Shown here: positions 19,359-31,124 of the stretch, piece after piece
Position numbering within the stretch: position 1 is the first letter of the stretch
How the letters are laid out: the number at the start of each line of letters is the position of its first letter
Assembly (NCBI GenBank): GCA_963674745.2
Contig: CAXXDV010000001.1
Span: 1,952,001-2,016,000, forward strand
Direction: 5' to 3'
From: Desulfosudaceae bacterium
Lineage (GTDB): Bacteria > Desulfobacterota > Desulfobacteria > Desulfobacterales > Desulfosudaceae
DNA: 64,000 nt
Notes under the pieces: model-generated
Seen by the model: the letters and a program-made list of their open reading frames with translations, nothing else
Database searches by the model: none
What the model was told of the DNA's origin: nothing
Translations under genes and position numbers: made by a program

Positions 19359-21191
19359 TTGAAAAATTTTTACCGGACGGTAGATCTTGACGCATATAGA
19401 AGACGGTTGCTGTTGCTTCTGCTGATGATGACAGTCGTATTCGCCGTTCTGCTGGCCAGGCTGATTTTCCTGCAGGTTATTGAAGGCCCTGATTATCTGC
19501 GATTGTCGGCCAACAACTGTATCCGCCTTCAGGATATCGATCCGTTGCGGGGGCTGATTTTTGACCGCAACGGGAAATGCCTGGTCGAAAATCGGCCGTC
19601 CTTTGACCTGACCATTATTCCCAGCGATGCCGGAAATGTTGATGAAACATTACAGTCGCTGGCGGATGTCGTCGGGTTGCCCTTTGAGGCGCTCAAAAAA
19701 AATTATCATAAATACAGATGGGGCGGGGTTTATCGTCCGGTTTTGCTTTTTGGTGATGTGGATAGAGACGTGGTGGCGTCGGTGATGGCCAATCAGTTCG
19801 ACCTGCCGGGTGTGGAGGTAACCTTAAAGCCCCGCCGGCATTATCGCTATGATCAGTTTGCCGCTCACACCATCGGATATCTTGGTGAAATAAGTAAGAA
19901 CGAACTCAAGTGCGAACAATTCGCCGGATATGATGTCGGGTGCTTTGTCGGTAAATGCGGTATGGAACGGGTGTTTGAGCCTTACCTGAGGGGGCGCAAG
20001 GGCGGTCGCCAGGTGGAGGTAAACGCCAATGGACAGGTCATGAGGGTGTTGCGGACGGTTCCGGCCGAGCCCGGCAACAACATTTATCTGACGATTGATT
20101 TTGACCTGCAGCAGAAAACCGAATCGCTGCTGGAAGGGCTGGCCGGTGCGGCCGTGGCCCTTGACCCTTATACCGGGGACGTACTGGCGCTTGCCAGCAG
20201 CCCTTCTTTCGGCCAGAACAACTTTATAAAAGGGTTGACCAGCCGGCAGTGGCAACAGCTAATGACGGATCCCCACAAACCCCTCGTTAACAAGGCCATT
20301 CAGGCGGAGTACCCACCGGGTTCGATATACAAGATCATCACGGCCATGGCCGGTCTGCAGGATAAACTGATCCGGCCGGATGAAACAATATACTGCCCCG
20401 GTTATTATAAGTACGGTGATCGGACTTCCCGTTGCTGGAAAGAAAGCGGGCATGGCCGATTGTGTATGACAGAAGCCCTGGCGCAATCCTGTGATGTCTA
20501 TTTTTATGATTTGGGTGTTAAAGTCGGGGTGGAGCGTCTGGCCTGGTATGCAAAAGCCTGCGGATTGGGCCATACCACCGGCATTGACCTGATCGCTGAA
20601 GCGGACGGACTGGTGCCGTCGGAAAAATGGAAGCTGCGCCGGCTGGGAGAGCCCTGGTATGGAGGAGAAACGCTTTCCGTCGCCATCGGGCAGGGGTATA
20701 ACCTGGTAACGCCGATCCAGATGGCGGTACTGACCGCCTCGGTCGCCAACGGCGGAATGGTAAAGAAACCGCAGATCCTTCAGAAAATTCAGACCGTCGA
20801 AGGGGACATTGTCAAAGCGGGAAAACCGTTCAATAAAGCGGCCCTGCCGGTTGACCCGGACGTACTGACGATAATCCAGGAGGGCCTTTGGAAGGTGGTC
20901 AATGATAAAAACGGGACCGCTTTTTATCGGGTTTACAGCCCGGCTTATGACATCAGCGGGAAAACCGGCACGGCCCAGGTCGTGGCCAGTCCTGAAGAAA
21001 GGGAAGGGCAGCAAAGGGGCGTGGTCGATGCCATTAAACCCCATGCCTGGTTTGTGGCCTATGCCCCTTCTGATAAACCCCGTATCGCCGTGGCGGTCAT
21101 TATCGAACGCAGCGGGCATGGGTCACACGTGGCCGGGCCGATCGTAAAAGAGATGATTACGGCATATCTTTCAAATAACCCGTCATTATAA
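19359..21191 (+). CDS. mrdA: Penicillin-binding protein 2
   Basis: RGLIFDRNG, PPGSIYK (SxxK), SCD (SxN position), KTGTAQ. Confidence 0.95.
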   Translation: MKNFYRTVDLDAYRRRLLLLLLMMTVVFAVLLARLIFLQVIEGPDYLRLSANNCIRLQDIDPLRGLIFDRNGKCLVENRPSFDLTIIPSDAGNVDETLQSLADVVGLPFEALKKNYHKYRWGGVYRPVLLFGDVDRDVVASVMANQFDLPGVEVTLKPRRHYRYDQFAAHTIGYLGEISKNELKCEQFAGYDVGCFVGKCGMERVFEPYLRGRKGGRQVEVNANGQVMRVLRTVPAEPGNNIYLTIDFDLQQKTESLLEGLAGAAVALDPYTGDVLALASSPSFGQNNFIKGLTSRQWQQLMTDPHKPLVNKAIQAEYPPGSIYKIITAMAGLQDKLIRPDETIYCPGYYKYGDRTSRCWKESGHGRLCMTEALAQSCDVYFYDLGVKVGVERLAWYAKACGLGHTTGIDLIAEADGLVPSEKWKLRRLGEPWYGGETLSVAIGQGYNLVTPIQMAVLTASVANGGMVKKPQILQKIQTVEGDIVKAGKPFNKAALPVDPDVLTIIQEGLWKVVNDKNGTAFYRVYSPAYDISGKTGTAQVVASPEEREGQQRGVVDAIKPHAWFVAYAPSDKPRIAVAVIIERSGHGSHVAGPIVKEMITAYLSNNPSL

Positions 21192-21233
21192 TCCGGAGAA
21201 ACCGGATATCCTAAGAGCGTTATCGGAGGGAAA

Positions 21234-22343
21234 ATGTTCGAGGCTGAAGAAGGAAAAAGGCAGGTTGACTGGGGAATATTACTGCCTGTTTTTTTGTTGG
21301 GGATGATCGGTATCGTCACCATTTACAGTGCGGCGGCGTCTGAAACACCGGAGCTCCAGCAAAAATTATGCATCAAGCAGGCAATCTGGTTTTCCGGCGG
21401 GCTGATGATCATCATATTTTCATTGTTTTTTAACTACAAACGGCTTTTCTCCTGGGCTGACGGTATTTATGTGGCCAGTCTTCTTTTATTAATCGCAGTC
21501 CTTTTTCTCGGTCGGGAGGCCGGCGGCGCACGCCGGTGGTTGCCGGTAGGTCCGGTGACGGTTCAGCCGTCAGAGCTGGCCAAAATAACGCTGGTGATTA
21601 TTCTGGCGAAATATTATTCACAAAAATCCATCATGGATGGTTTGACATTAAGGTCTTTGATGGTGCCGATGGCACTGACGGCGGTCCCTTTTGTCCTGAT
21701 CGGTTTTCAGCCGGACTTGGGGACAGGCATGTTGCTGGTATTGATTGCCGTCCTGATAACGGGATTTGTCAAGGTGAAGCGGCGGACGGTTCTGGGGTTC
21801 GGGGCGGCGATGCTGGTGATGGGGCCGCTGTTGTGGATGTTTTTTTTAAAACCCTACCAGAAACAGCGGGTGCTCACCCTCCTGAACCCGGATCGGGATC
21901 CACTCGGGGCGGGATATCATATCATTCAGTCTAAAATTGCCATCGGCTCCGGGATGATTTTCGGCAAAGGGCACATGAAAGGGACGCAGAACGCGCTGGC
22001 TTTTCTGCCGGAGCAACATACGGACTTCATCTTTTCCGTGCTGTCGGAAGAATGGGGCCTGGTCGGTGCCGGGGTAATCCTGCTACTTTACTTTTTTATT
22101 ATTGTCTGGGGAATCAGTATCGCATATAAATGTAAAGATCTTTTTGGTATTATTCTGGCTGTCGGTGTTACAGGTGTTATTTTCTGGCAGGTTGCCATAA
22201 ACATCGGAATGGTTATGGGGCTGCTGCCTGTGGTAGGCGTCCCTCTTCCATTGATCAGTTACGGCGGGTCTTCGGTTGTAACATTTATGATGTGCATTGC
22301 CATTTTAATGAATGTCAGCATGAAGCAGACCTGGATAGAGTAA
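21234..22343 (+). CDS. rodA: Rod shape-determining protein RodA (SEDS family)
   Basis: GARRW, QPSELAK, QPDLGT, LPEQHTDFIF, GVPLPLISYGGSS. Confidence 0.95.
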   Translation: MFEAEEGKRQVDWGILLPVFLLGMIGIVTIYSAAASETPELQQKLCIKQAIWFSGGLMIIIFSLFFNYKRLFSWADGIYVASLLLLIAVLFLGREAGGARRWLPVGPVTVQPSELAKITLVIILAKYYSQKSIMDGLTLRSLMVPMALTAVPFVLIGFQPDLGTGMLLVLIAVLITGFVKVKRRTVLGFGAAMLVMGPLLWMFFLKPYQKQRVLTLLNPDRDPLGAGYHIIQSKIAIGSGMIFGKGHMKGTQNALAFLPEQHTDFIFSVLSEEWGLVGAGVILLLYFFIIVWGISIAYKCKDLFGIILAVGVTGVIFWQVAINIGMVMGLLPVVGVPLPLISYGGSSVVTFMMCIAILMNVSMKQTWIE

Positions 22344-22399
22344 ACGATTAATTAAAAAAGGTGTAATTTATGAGAAAAAGCAGCAAAAAGGGGGATGAC

Positions 22400-22837
22400 A
22401 TGGGCAAGCCAAAAGAAAAAAGCACGGACCCGATCAGTACGTTTCTGGGAGTGGAAACTGCCATTGAAGGAGCTGTTTCTTTTACCGGAACCATTCGCCT
22501 GGATGGCAAAGTGACCGGTAAAATTGAAAGCCAGTCCGGAACGGTCATCATCGGCGAAAAGGCGGTAATTGAGGCGGATATTTCCGCAGGGGTAGTCATT
22601 GTCATGGGACGGGTAAAGGGGATGATTGACGCTTCCAGTCGAATTGAAGTATTCCCTCCGGCACAAATCGACGGCGATATCCAGGCCCCGGTAATCTCCA
22701 TGGACGCAGGTGTGAAATTTAACGGCAAGTGCTCCATGAAATCCGTTAACGGATTGATAGATAAGGGGATTGTCGTTTCCGAAGACAGTAAAAAGGACGA
22801 GAAGGGAAAATTGAAAAATTTTCCAAAAAACCTTTGA
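22400..22837 (+). CDS. Bactofilin (polymer-forming cytoskeletal protein)
   Basis: Beta-helix repeats: IEGAVSFTGTIRLDGKVTGKI...VIIGEKAVIEADI...GVKFNGKCSM; start 22400 or 22370. Confidence 0.88.
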   Translation: MGKPKEKSTDPISTFLGVETAIEGAVSFTGTIRLDGKVTGKIESQSGTVIIGEKAVIEADISAGVVIVMGRVKGMIDASSRIEVFPPAQIDGDIQAPVISMDAGVKFNGKCSMKSVNGLIDKGIVVSEDSKKDEKGKLKNFPKNL

Positions 22838-22861
22838 CATTAGTTAATGCTGTGGTATAAG
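22834..22861 (+). promoter_or_regulatory. Probable sigma-70 promoter of the atp operon
   Basis: TTGACA-16 nt-TATAAG with TG extended -10. Confidence 0.55.
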
Positions 22862-22941
22862 AGCTTTTTGATTTACTTATTGATGCATTTTAACTTTTTT
22901 ATGTTTGAGTTACCCTTGTTGTAGTCGCAGGAGGCTTATTT

Positions 22942-23469
22942 ATGGGAAGTTATCGAAAATGGCTGATGTCCGGAATCGCAGCTGGGTCCGGAGTGGTCCT
23001 GTTTACGGAGGCTGTTCAGGCATCCGGCGGCGGTGCCATCTCTGTTTTCCCTGATAAGACGTGTATCTGGCAGATTGTTAATTTTCTTGTCCTGATCTGG
23101 GCGCTTAATCTGATTCTTTACCGACCGATTCGTAAAATTCTGACCCGACGTCAGGATCATATGGCCGGTCTGGATAAAAATATCGAACAGTTCAAAAGAG
23201 ACACGGAAGACAAAGAAAGCACTTTTGCCGATGGGATTAAAGAAGCCAGGGCCGATGGAATGAAGGCCAAAAATGCGCTTCTTGAAGAAGGTGCCGCCGA
23301 GGAAAAGAAAATTATCGAGCGTATCAGTCAGAAGGCACAGCAGACGATTGCCGACAATAAAGCTAAAGTTGCCGAAGACGTGAAAAAAGCCGCCGCGGAG
23401 CTGCAGCAGGAAGTGGAGGCTTTTGCCGTTGAGATTGGCCGGAAAATATTGGGGAGGGAGCTTTCATGA
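22942..23469 (+). CDS. atpF: ATP synthase F0 subunit b' (first b-type subunit)
   Basis: QIVNFLVLIWALNLILYRPI TM segment plus coiled coil; first gene of the atp cluster. Confidence 0.85.
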   Translation: MGSYRKWLMSGIAAGSGVVLFTEAVQASGGGAISVFPDKTCIWQIVNFLVLIWALNLILYRPIRKILTRRQDHMAGLDKNIEQFKRDTEDKESTFADGIKEARADGMKAKNALLEEGAAEEKKIIERISQKAQQTIADNKAKVAEDVKKAAAELQQEVEAFAVEIGRKILGRELS

Positions 23470-24068
23470 AGTTGAAGTTAACATCTGACGCATCCGGTCT
23501 TTCTGGAAAAAGAACGCTTTTAATCGCGGGTACGCTCTGTCTGGTTCTTCTGTCTACCGGCCTGTGCTTTGCCTCCGGTGGAAATGATGAGATCACGTGG
23601 AAGACAACAGACTGGTACAAGGTGATGAATTTCGCTGTTCTGGCGATTGGTCTGTTTATTCTCGTTCGTAAACCGATAGCGAATGCCCTGGACGGACGAA
23701 TTGAAAGTATCAAGGAAGATCTTCGGGCGCTGGAAGCGGAAAAAGTCGAAGCTGAAAAGCAGCTGGAAGAATACAATAAGCGCATTGCCACCCTGGATAA
23801 AGAGGTGGAAAATATTGTCAGCGAATACCGCCGGCAGGGGGAAGCGGCAAAGTCAAAAATTCTGGTCAGCGCTAAAGAAGCCGCCGAAAAAATTGAGGAG
23901 CAGGCCAAAAGAAATATCGAAAATGAATTTGAGGTGGCCCGTCAGAAGCTGCGGATGGATATTTTTGCACAGGCTGTGACCCGGGCGGAAGCACTGGTTA
24001 AAGGGGAAATAACATCAGAAGATCAGGACAGGCTGGTTGAAGAATATTTGAATAAGGTGGTGTCATAG
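23466..24068 (+). CDS. atpF: ATP synthase F0 subunit b
   Basis: VMNFAVLAIGLFILVRKPI, coiled coil, DQDRLVEEYL end. Confidence 0.88.
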   Translation: MKLKLTSDASGLSGKRTLLIAGTLCLVLLSTGLCFASGGNDEITWKTTDWYKVMNFAVLAIGLFILVRKPIANALDGRIESIKEDLRALEAEKVEAEKQLEEYNKRIATLDKEVENIVSEYRRQGEAAKSKILVSAKEAAEKIEEQAKRNIENEFEVARQKLRMDIFAQAVTRAEALVKGEITSEDQDRLVEEYLNKVVS

Positions 24069-24619
24069 TGAAGAATTATGCTATTTCAAGGCGTTATGCA
24101 AAAGCACTGATGCTGATCGGCAAAGATGACGGTCAGGCCGAGCTATATAAAGACGAGCTCAACGCCTTTGTTGCGGTGCTTGATGACGAGCAGACATTTG
24201 AAGATTCAATGAACAATCCCTTGTATGCCGCTGAAGATCGCAAGCGAGTGCTGCTGGCTGTTGTTGACAAAATGGGAATGTCCGACATTGTCAAATCGTT
24301 ACTTGTTTTACTTTTCGAAAAACGCCGTTTTGATCAGATTCGGGGTATAACAGAATATTATCAGAAACTTGTTGATGAACATAAAGGAATCGTGCGGGCG
24401 GATGTGGTCTCGGCCACGGCGCTGTCCGATGATGCGGTGGAAAAGATCCGCGCGTCTCTTTCCAAAATGACAGGCAAGGAAGTCATCCTTGATATTAAAC
24501 AGGATGCAGCGCTGATCGGCGGTGTGGTGACAAAAGTAGGCGACATGGTATTGGACGGAAGTATTAAAACCCAATTAGAGAATATGAAAGAATCTTTAAA
24601 AAAAGGTGAGAGAGTCTAA
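24068..24619 (+). CDS. atpH: ATP synthase F1 subunit delta
   Basis: [30 protein letters not shown]. Confidence 0.95.
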   Translation: MKNYAISRRYAKALMLIGKDDGQAELYKDELNAFVAVLDDEQTFEDSMNNPLYAAEDRKRVLLAVVDKMGMSDIVKSLLVLLFEKRRFDQIRGITEYYQKLVDEHKGIVRADVVSATALSDDAVEKIRASLSKMTGKEVILDIKQDAALIGGVVTKVGDMVLDGSIKTQLENMKESLKKGERV

Positions 24620-26133
24620 TGGAAATAAGAGCGGAAGAGATCAGTCAAGTTATCAAAGAGCAGATTAAGGGGTTCGACAAGAAAGTCGAGTTGAGTGAGA
24701 CGGGCGTTGTGCTGTCTGTCGGCGATGGTATTGCCAGGGTTTACGGCTTGATGAATGTCATGGTTCTGGAACTGGTCGAATTTCCGGGCGGTATCCTGGG
24801 CCTGGCCATGAACCTGGAAGAAGACAGCGTCGGTGTTGCGGTCATGGGTGATGATAGATACATCAAAGAAGGTGATATCGTCAAACGTACCGGTCGTATT
24901 GCTGAAATTCCCGTCGGCGAAGGCGTTCTGGGTCGTGTTATCGACACCACCGGCGCTCCGCTGGATGGTAAGGGGCCGATTGAATCGTCCGAATCCCGTC
25001 GTATTGAGATGGTCGCCCCCGGGGTTATCGCCAGAAAGAGTGTTCACGAGCCGATGTTGACGGGTTTAAAGGCGATTGATGCCATGACACCGGTCGGCCG
25101 GGGGCAGCGTGAGCTGATCATCGGTGACCGTCAGATCGGCAAGACCGCGGTTGCCGTTGACTCTATTATCAGCCAGAAGAATACCGATGTTTACTGCATC
25201 TATGTCGCCTGCGGCCAGAAAAAATCAACGGTTGCCCAGGTGGCGGCGATTCTGGAAAAACATGGTGCCATGGAATATACGACCATCGTGGCGGCCAACG
25301 CCAGTGACCCCGCTTCATTGCAGTTTCTGGCACCTTATGCCGGTTGCGCCATCGGCGAATACTTCCGTGACAAGGGGCAGCACGCACTGATCATTTACGA
25401 TGACCTTTCCAAGCAGGCGGCTGCCTATCGCCAGGTATCCCTCCTGATGAGACGCCCGCCAGGACGTGAAGCTTATCCCGGTGATATTTTTTATAACCAT
25501 TCACGCCTGCTGGAACGTGCGGCCAAGCTGAATGATGAATTGGGCGCCGGTTCGCTGACCGCTCTGCCGATTATTGAAACCCAGGCCGGTGATGTTTCCG
25601 CTTACATTCCGACCAACGTTATTTCAATTACAGACGGTCAGATTTACCTCGAACCGGATCTGTTCTTTGCCGGTGTTCGTCCGGCCATCAACGTCGGTCT
25701 TTCCGTTTCCCGGGTCGGTGGTGCGGCTCAAGCCAAGGCAATGAAGCAGGTCGCCGGTAACTTGCGGCTTGACCTGGCGCAGTTTCGCGAACTGGAATCT
25801 TTTGCCGCTTTCGGCAGTGACGTTGACGAATCCACACGCAAACAGCTTGTCCGTGGTGAACGGCTGGTTGAAATCCTTAAGCAGCCGCAGTATCAGCCGC
25901 TGCCTCTTGAAAAGCAGGTTGTGATTATTTACGCCGGAACCAAAGGCCATCTTGACAAGTATGATACAGGTGTCCTGGCCAGTTATGAGGAAGGTCTGTA
26001 TAACTTTATTGAAACCAAATTTCCGGAACTTTTTACCGGTATTGCTGAGAAAAAAGAGCTTACGGAAGAGTTGGAATCCATGCTGAAAAAAGCCATTGCG
26101 GCCTTTGATGCGGAATTCAAAGACACAATCTAA
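24619..26133 (+). CDS. atpA: ATP synthase F1 subunit alpha
   Basis: [34 protein letters not shown]. Confidence 0.98.
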   Translation: MEIRAEEISQVIKEQIKGFDKKVELSETGVVLSVGDGIARVYGLMNVMVLELVEFPGGILGLAMNLEEDSVGVAVMGDDRYIKEGDIVKRTGRIAEIPVGEGVLGRVIDTTGAPLDGKGPIESSESRRIEMVAPGVIARKSVHEPMLTGLKAIDAMTPVGRGQRELIIGDRQIGKTAVAVDSIISQKNTDVYCIYVACGQKKSTVAQVAAILEKHGAMEYTTIVAANASDPASLQFLAPYAGCAIGEYFRDKGQHALIIYDDLSKQAAAYRQVSLLMRRPPGREAYPGDIFYNHSRLLERAAKLNDELGAGSLTALPIIETQAGDVSAYIPTNVISITDGQIYLEPDLFFAGVRPAINVGLSVSRVGGAAQAKAMKQVAGNLRLDLAQFRELESFAAFGSDVDESTRKQLVRGERLVEILKQPQYQPLPLEKQVVIIYAGTKGHLDKYDTGVLASYEEGLYNFIETKFPELFTGIAEKKELTEELESMLKKAIAAFDAEFKDTI

Positions 26134-26201
26134 CAGCAAAGCCTTGAGCCTTTAGAAAAAGCGCTTCAAAAGGTCATGGCGGTGTATAAAGGTTACAGAG
26201 T

Positions 26202-27101
26202 ATGCCGAGCTTAAAGGAAGTACAGTCAAAAATTATCGGGGTCCAGAAAACCAAGAAAATTACCCGGGCCATGAATATGGTCGCCAGCTCCAAAATGCGG
26301 GGCGCCCAGATGGCCATGGAGGCCTTTCGCCCTTATGCGGATAAGTTTGCCGAAGTTCTGGGAAGTCTTGCCGAAAAAGCCGGTGGTGAAGATGTCAGCC
26401 CGCTTCTTGTGCCTCGTGAAGATGTTAAAAAAGTCAATCTAATCCTCTGCACTTCTGACAGGGGGTTGTGCGGCGGCTTTAATAACAAGCTGATTGAAAA
26501 AGCCAAGAATTTCGTAGCCGAAAAATCAGGTGCGGATGTTGAAATATCCTTTACGAATTTTGGCAAAAAAGGGCTGAAATGGGCCCAGAAGCAGAAGCGG
26601 CCGATATGGTCGGAATATCTTGACGTTGTGGGCTCAAGAATCCCCTTTGATATTGCCATGCAGGCCGGTCGCAAGCTGATTGACAGCTTTTTAAAAGCCG
26701 AGTGCGATGAGGTTTATATCATTTATTCCGAGTTCGGCGGCATGTCCCGCCAGATACCGATTCTGCAGAAACTGTTGCCTATACCGCCAGTGGAGACCGA
26801 TGCAACAGAGGCGGTTTCCACCGAGGAATTCCTTTATCAGGCCGAGCATATTTGTGAACCCTCAGCGGATGAACTGATGGGAGAAATGCTCCCTCGGAAT
26901 GTTTATATACAGATTTTTAAAGCGTTGCTGGAGACGTCGACCAGCGAACATGCGGCCCGTATGGCGGCCATGGACAACGCCACCAAGGCATGCAACGATA
27001 TGATAGATGCGCTGACGCTGACTTATAACAAAGCACGTCAGGCGGCGATTACGGCTGAGTTGATGGATATTGTCGGCGGTGCCGAGGCGCTGAGAGGATA
27101 A
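26202..27101 (+). CDS. atpG: ATP synthase F1 subunit gamma
   Basis: KITRAMNMVA, SDRGLCGGFN, YNKARQAAITAEL. Confidence 0.97.
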   Translation: MPSLKEVQSKIIGVQKTKKITRAMNMVASSKMRGAQMAMEAFRPYADKFAEVLGSLAEKAGGEDVSPLLVPREDVKKVNLILCTSDRGLCGGFNNKLIEKAKNFVAEKSGADVEISFTNFGKKGLKWAQKQKRPIWSEYLDVVGSRIPFDIAMQAGRKLIDSFLKAECDEVYIIYSEFGGMSRQIPILQKLLPIPPVETDATEAVSTEEFLYQAEHICEPSADELMGEMLPRNVYIQIFKALLETSTSEHAARMAAMDNATKACNDMIDALTLTYNKARQAAITAELMDIVGGAEALRG

Positions 27102-27151
27102 ATTTAATCGGATTCAAGATATTAGATAACTGAGTTTCTGGGAGGTTATAA

Positions 27152-28570
<1,419 letters not shown>

Positions 28571-28600
28571 TGCTTTAATAGCCGAGGGGTAAATTCATAA

Positions 28601-29008
28601 ATGGCACAGAATATAAAACTATCGGTCGTAACGCCTGAAAAGGAAGTTGTCAATGATGACGCGCAGATTGTCATGGCCCCAGGATCTATCGGTGAATTTG
28701 GTGTGCTTTCAGGACATACGCCTTTTTTAACTTCTTTGAAGGTGGGTACGGTACGATATACGGATGGTCAGGGTAATGAACGGCTTATTTTTGTAAGCGG
28801 CGGATTTGCAGAAGTCCTGCCGGAAAAGGTTACCGTCCTGGCCGAGTCTGCTGAACGCAAGGAAGATATAGACGCAAAGCGTGCTGAAGAAGCCAAGGGC
28901 AGGGCTGAGAAAAGGATTGCCGAGGCCGGAGATGATCTGGATATGGCCAGAGCCCAGGCCGCACTGGCAAGAGCGATGCAGCGTTTGCGTATGGTATCGT
29001 CAACATAG
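28601..29008 (+). CDS. atpC: ATP synthase F1 subunit epsilon
   Basis: VVTPE, GEFGVLSGHTP, VSGGFAEV. Confidence 0.96.
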   Translation: MAQNIKLSVVTPEKEVVNDDAQIVMAPGSIGEFGVLSGHTPFLTSLKVGTVRYTDGQGNERLIFVSGGFAEVLPEKVTVLAESAERKEDIDAKRAEEAKGRAEKRIAEAGDDLDMARAQAALARAMQRLRMVSST

Positions 29009-29052
29009 AACAGCCGGATGGTTGTTGTTTTTAACCGTCAGCTAAGATAATC

Positions 29053-29090
29053 AAGGGCATGCCTTTTAAAAAAGGGATGCCCTTTTTATT
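29053..29090 (+). terminator. Intrinsic terminator of the atp operon
   Basis: AAGGGCATGCCTTTT-aa-AAAAGGGATGCCCTT followed by TTTATT. Confidence 0.75.
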
Positions 29091-29322
29091 GCTTTGATGC
29101 CGCGTAAAAGATTGAGTGTCTGAGATACGGCTGCCATCCTGCCTGGAAGTCTGTTGCATCGTGAGCGCCTGCGGTTCTTTTTTATTGAAACAGGTAGGCT
29201 GTGTTTTCGGGGGGCGCCTTAAACTTGAATCTTTTACAAAGCCATTTTACAATTCAATTTTAAGAAAAATTATCAGTTTATAAATGAAACTGTGCGGATT
29301 AATCTGGTGGGGGTTCGAATAT

Positions 29323-30078
29323 ATGAACAGTGAAAGCAACACCGCAGTTGTCGTTCTGGCGGCAGGCATGGGAACCCGGATGAAGTCGGAAAAAGCCAAA
29401 GTGCTTCACGAAATTGCCGGAAAGAGTATGATCAGTTATGTCCTGGATGCTGCTCTGGGGGTAACCGCATGTGAAAACATCGTGGTTGTCGTCGGTTGCC
29501 AGGCGGAAGCGGTCAGGGCCGAGGTGCTTAAAAAAGCGGATGTTTTATTTGCCCATCAGCAGCAGCAACTGGGGACCGGACACGCTGTCTTATGCGCTAT
29601 GGACTGTATGCCCGAGAACATCCAGGACGTTGTCATTCTATGTGGTGATGTGCCTTTTATTTCTCAAAAAACAATCAAGGCGCTGATCAGAAAAAGAAGA
29701 GAAGATAACTTAACGGTTTCCCTTCTGACCGTTAAGCTTGATTCACCGACGGGATATGGGCGGATTATTTTCGATGATCATGACAAGGTGGCCAGGATTG
29801 TGGAAGAAAGTGACGCCAGTAATTATGAGAAACAAATTAATATTGTTAATGCGGGTACATATTGTGTTGAAAAAACATTTCTGGCCTGGTCTCTGACGCA
29901 GATCAGGTCCGATAATATGCAAAAAGAATTGTATCTAACCGATATTGTCGGGATCGCGGGTAAGAATGAAACACCTGCCGGCGCATTGATTCTTGAGGAT
30001 GCGCATGAGGTGATAGGTGTCAACAGTCTGCAGGATCTTGAACAGGCAGAAAGCTCATTGAAAGAGACCCGGGGCTAA
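29323..30078 (+). CDS. glmU: GlmU-like UDP-GlcNAc pyrophosphorylase, N-terminal domain only (no acetyltransferase domain)
   Basis: LAAGMGTRMKS..AKVLH, QLGTGHAV, GDVP, TGYGRI, ELYLTD, GVNS; stops at about 251 aa; start 29323 or 29284. Confidence 0.85.
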   Translation: MNSESNTAVVVLAAGMGTRMKSEKAKVLHEIAGKSMISYVLDAALGVTACENIVVVVGCQAEAVRAEVLKKADVLFAHQQQQLGTGHAVLCAMDCMPENIQDVVILCGDVPFISQKTIKALIRKRREDNLTVSLLTVKLDSPTGYGRIIFDDHDKVARIVEESDASNYEKQINIVNAGTYCVEKTFLAWSLTQIRSDNMQKELYLTDIVGIAGKNETPAGALILEDAHEVIGVNSLQDLEQAESSLKETRG

Positions 30079-30138
30079 TTTTCTTGACATGAAGTATGTT
30101 TTTCGATAATAATATCATATAATTTATGAGGTGTTTTT

Positions 30139-30390
30139 TTGGAAAATACAGGGAATGAACAACTTTTTTCAAAATTTGATGAAATTGAGGAGAAAGTAGA
30201 AACGTTAATCCAGAAGATTCAATCACTTGAAACGCAAAACGCACAACTTAAAGAACAGGTTTCAGAACTCGAGAAGGGAGTTAATAAAAAAGCAGAGGAA
30301 GAAGAAAAGTATCTTGAGGAAAAAGCTTTAATTAGGTCCAAGATTGACGGGTTAATCCAGAAGATAAATGCATTTGCAGCGCAGGAGTAA
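30139..30390 (+). CDS. zapB: Cell division protein ZapB-like coiled coil
   Basis: Short all-coiled-coil protein directly upstream of zapA; GAGG RBS, TTG start. Confidence 0.7.
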   Translation: MENTGNEQLFSKFDEIEEKVETLIQKIQSLETQNAQLKEQVSELEKGVNKKAEEEEKYLEEKALIRSKIDGLIQKINAFAAQE

Positions 30391-30423
30391 CTTATAATAT
30401 CAGACAGTAAAAAGGGTTGATGA

Positions 30424-30711
30424 TTGGGTGAGGATATCGTTATTACGCTTTTGGGGAAAAAGCTGAAATTTAAAGCGGATGAGAACGTCTCGGACGCAAA
30501 ACAGGTGGCTGATGTGTTGACTCGCGAAGTCAACAAGGTGATTGAGAAAGAAAAACAGTCGATTGGAATGGATAATTTTACCAAGCTGACTCAGGCCGCT
30601 CTGAATTTAGCAAATGATTTTGTCGAGTTGCAACAAAGTTATGCAGAACTGGAAGAACAAATTTCTGACAGATCAGAAGCTTTGTTGCAAGCAATAAATG
30701 CCCGAATATAA
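30424..30711 (+). CDS. zapA: Cell division protein ZapA
   Basis: ITLLGKKLKF...AALNLANDF pattern; zapA-6S-rny synteny. Confidence 0.8.
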   Translation: MGEDIVITLLGKKLKFKADENVSDAKQVADVLTREVNKVIEKEKQSIGMDNFTKLTQAALNLANDFVELQQSYAELEEQISDRSEALLQAINARI

Positions 30712-30780
30712 AATCAGCCATAAGCTGTTGAAAATGTAATTTATTCCTCTGGGATTGATAAATAATTAGAGCTTCAAGTT

Positions 30781-30960
30781 TGCCCCCTGCCGTGCAAGTG
30801 ATTGACATGATGCTCTTTGTCCCAAATACAGCAGGAAGGGAGCCGTCACTGATCTTGGTGAGCATGTTCTGCCAAGACAGAAAAGCCTAAAAAGATCATA
30901 TGGCACCCACGTTGTAAAAAAAAGGTCAAGGACCTACCAACACGGCACTGAGGCGGGGGG
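30781..30960 (+). ncRNA. ssrS: 6S RNA
   Basis: About 180 nt between zapA and rny; terminal pairing CCCCTGCCGTG / CACGGCAC..GGGG, GGGAGCC and GGCACCCAC motifs; ends approximate. Confidence 0.8.
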
Positions 30961-31124
30961 CTTTTTTTGTTTTCCTTTTCTGGATGTCCATTTCTTTCTT
31001 CCTTATCAAAAAATTCCAGGTTTAAAAGTTTAATTGTGAACAGCACGCTTGTGCTATGCTTATAAGATTTTTATGTTTTATATGGTGATACTTAACTTCA
31101 TTATATTAGCCCAGGGAGCTTAAA

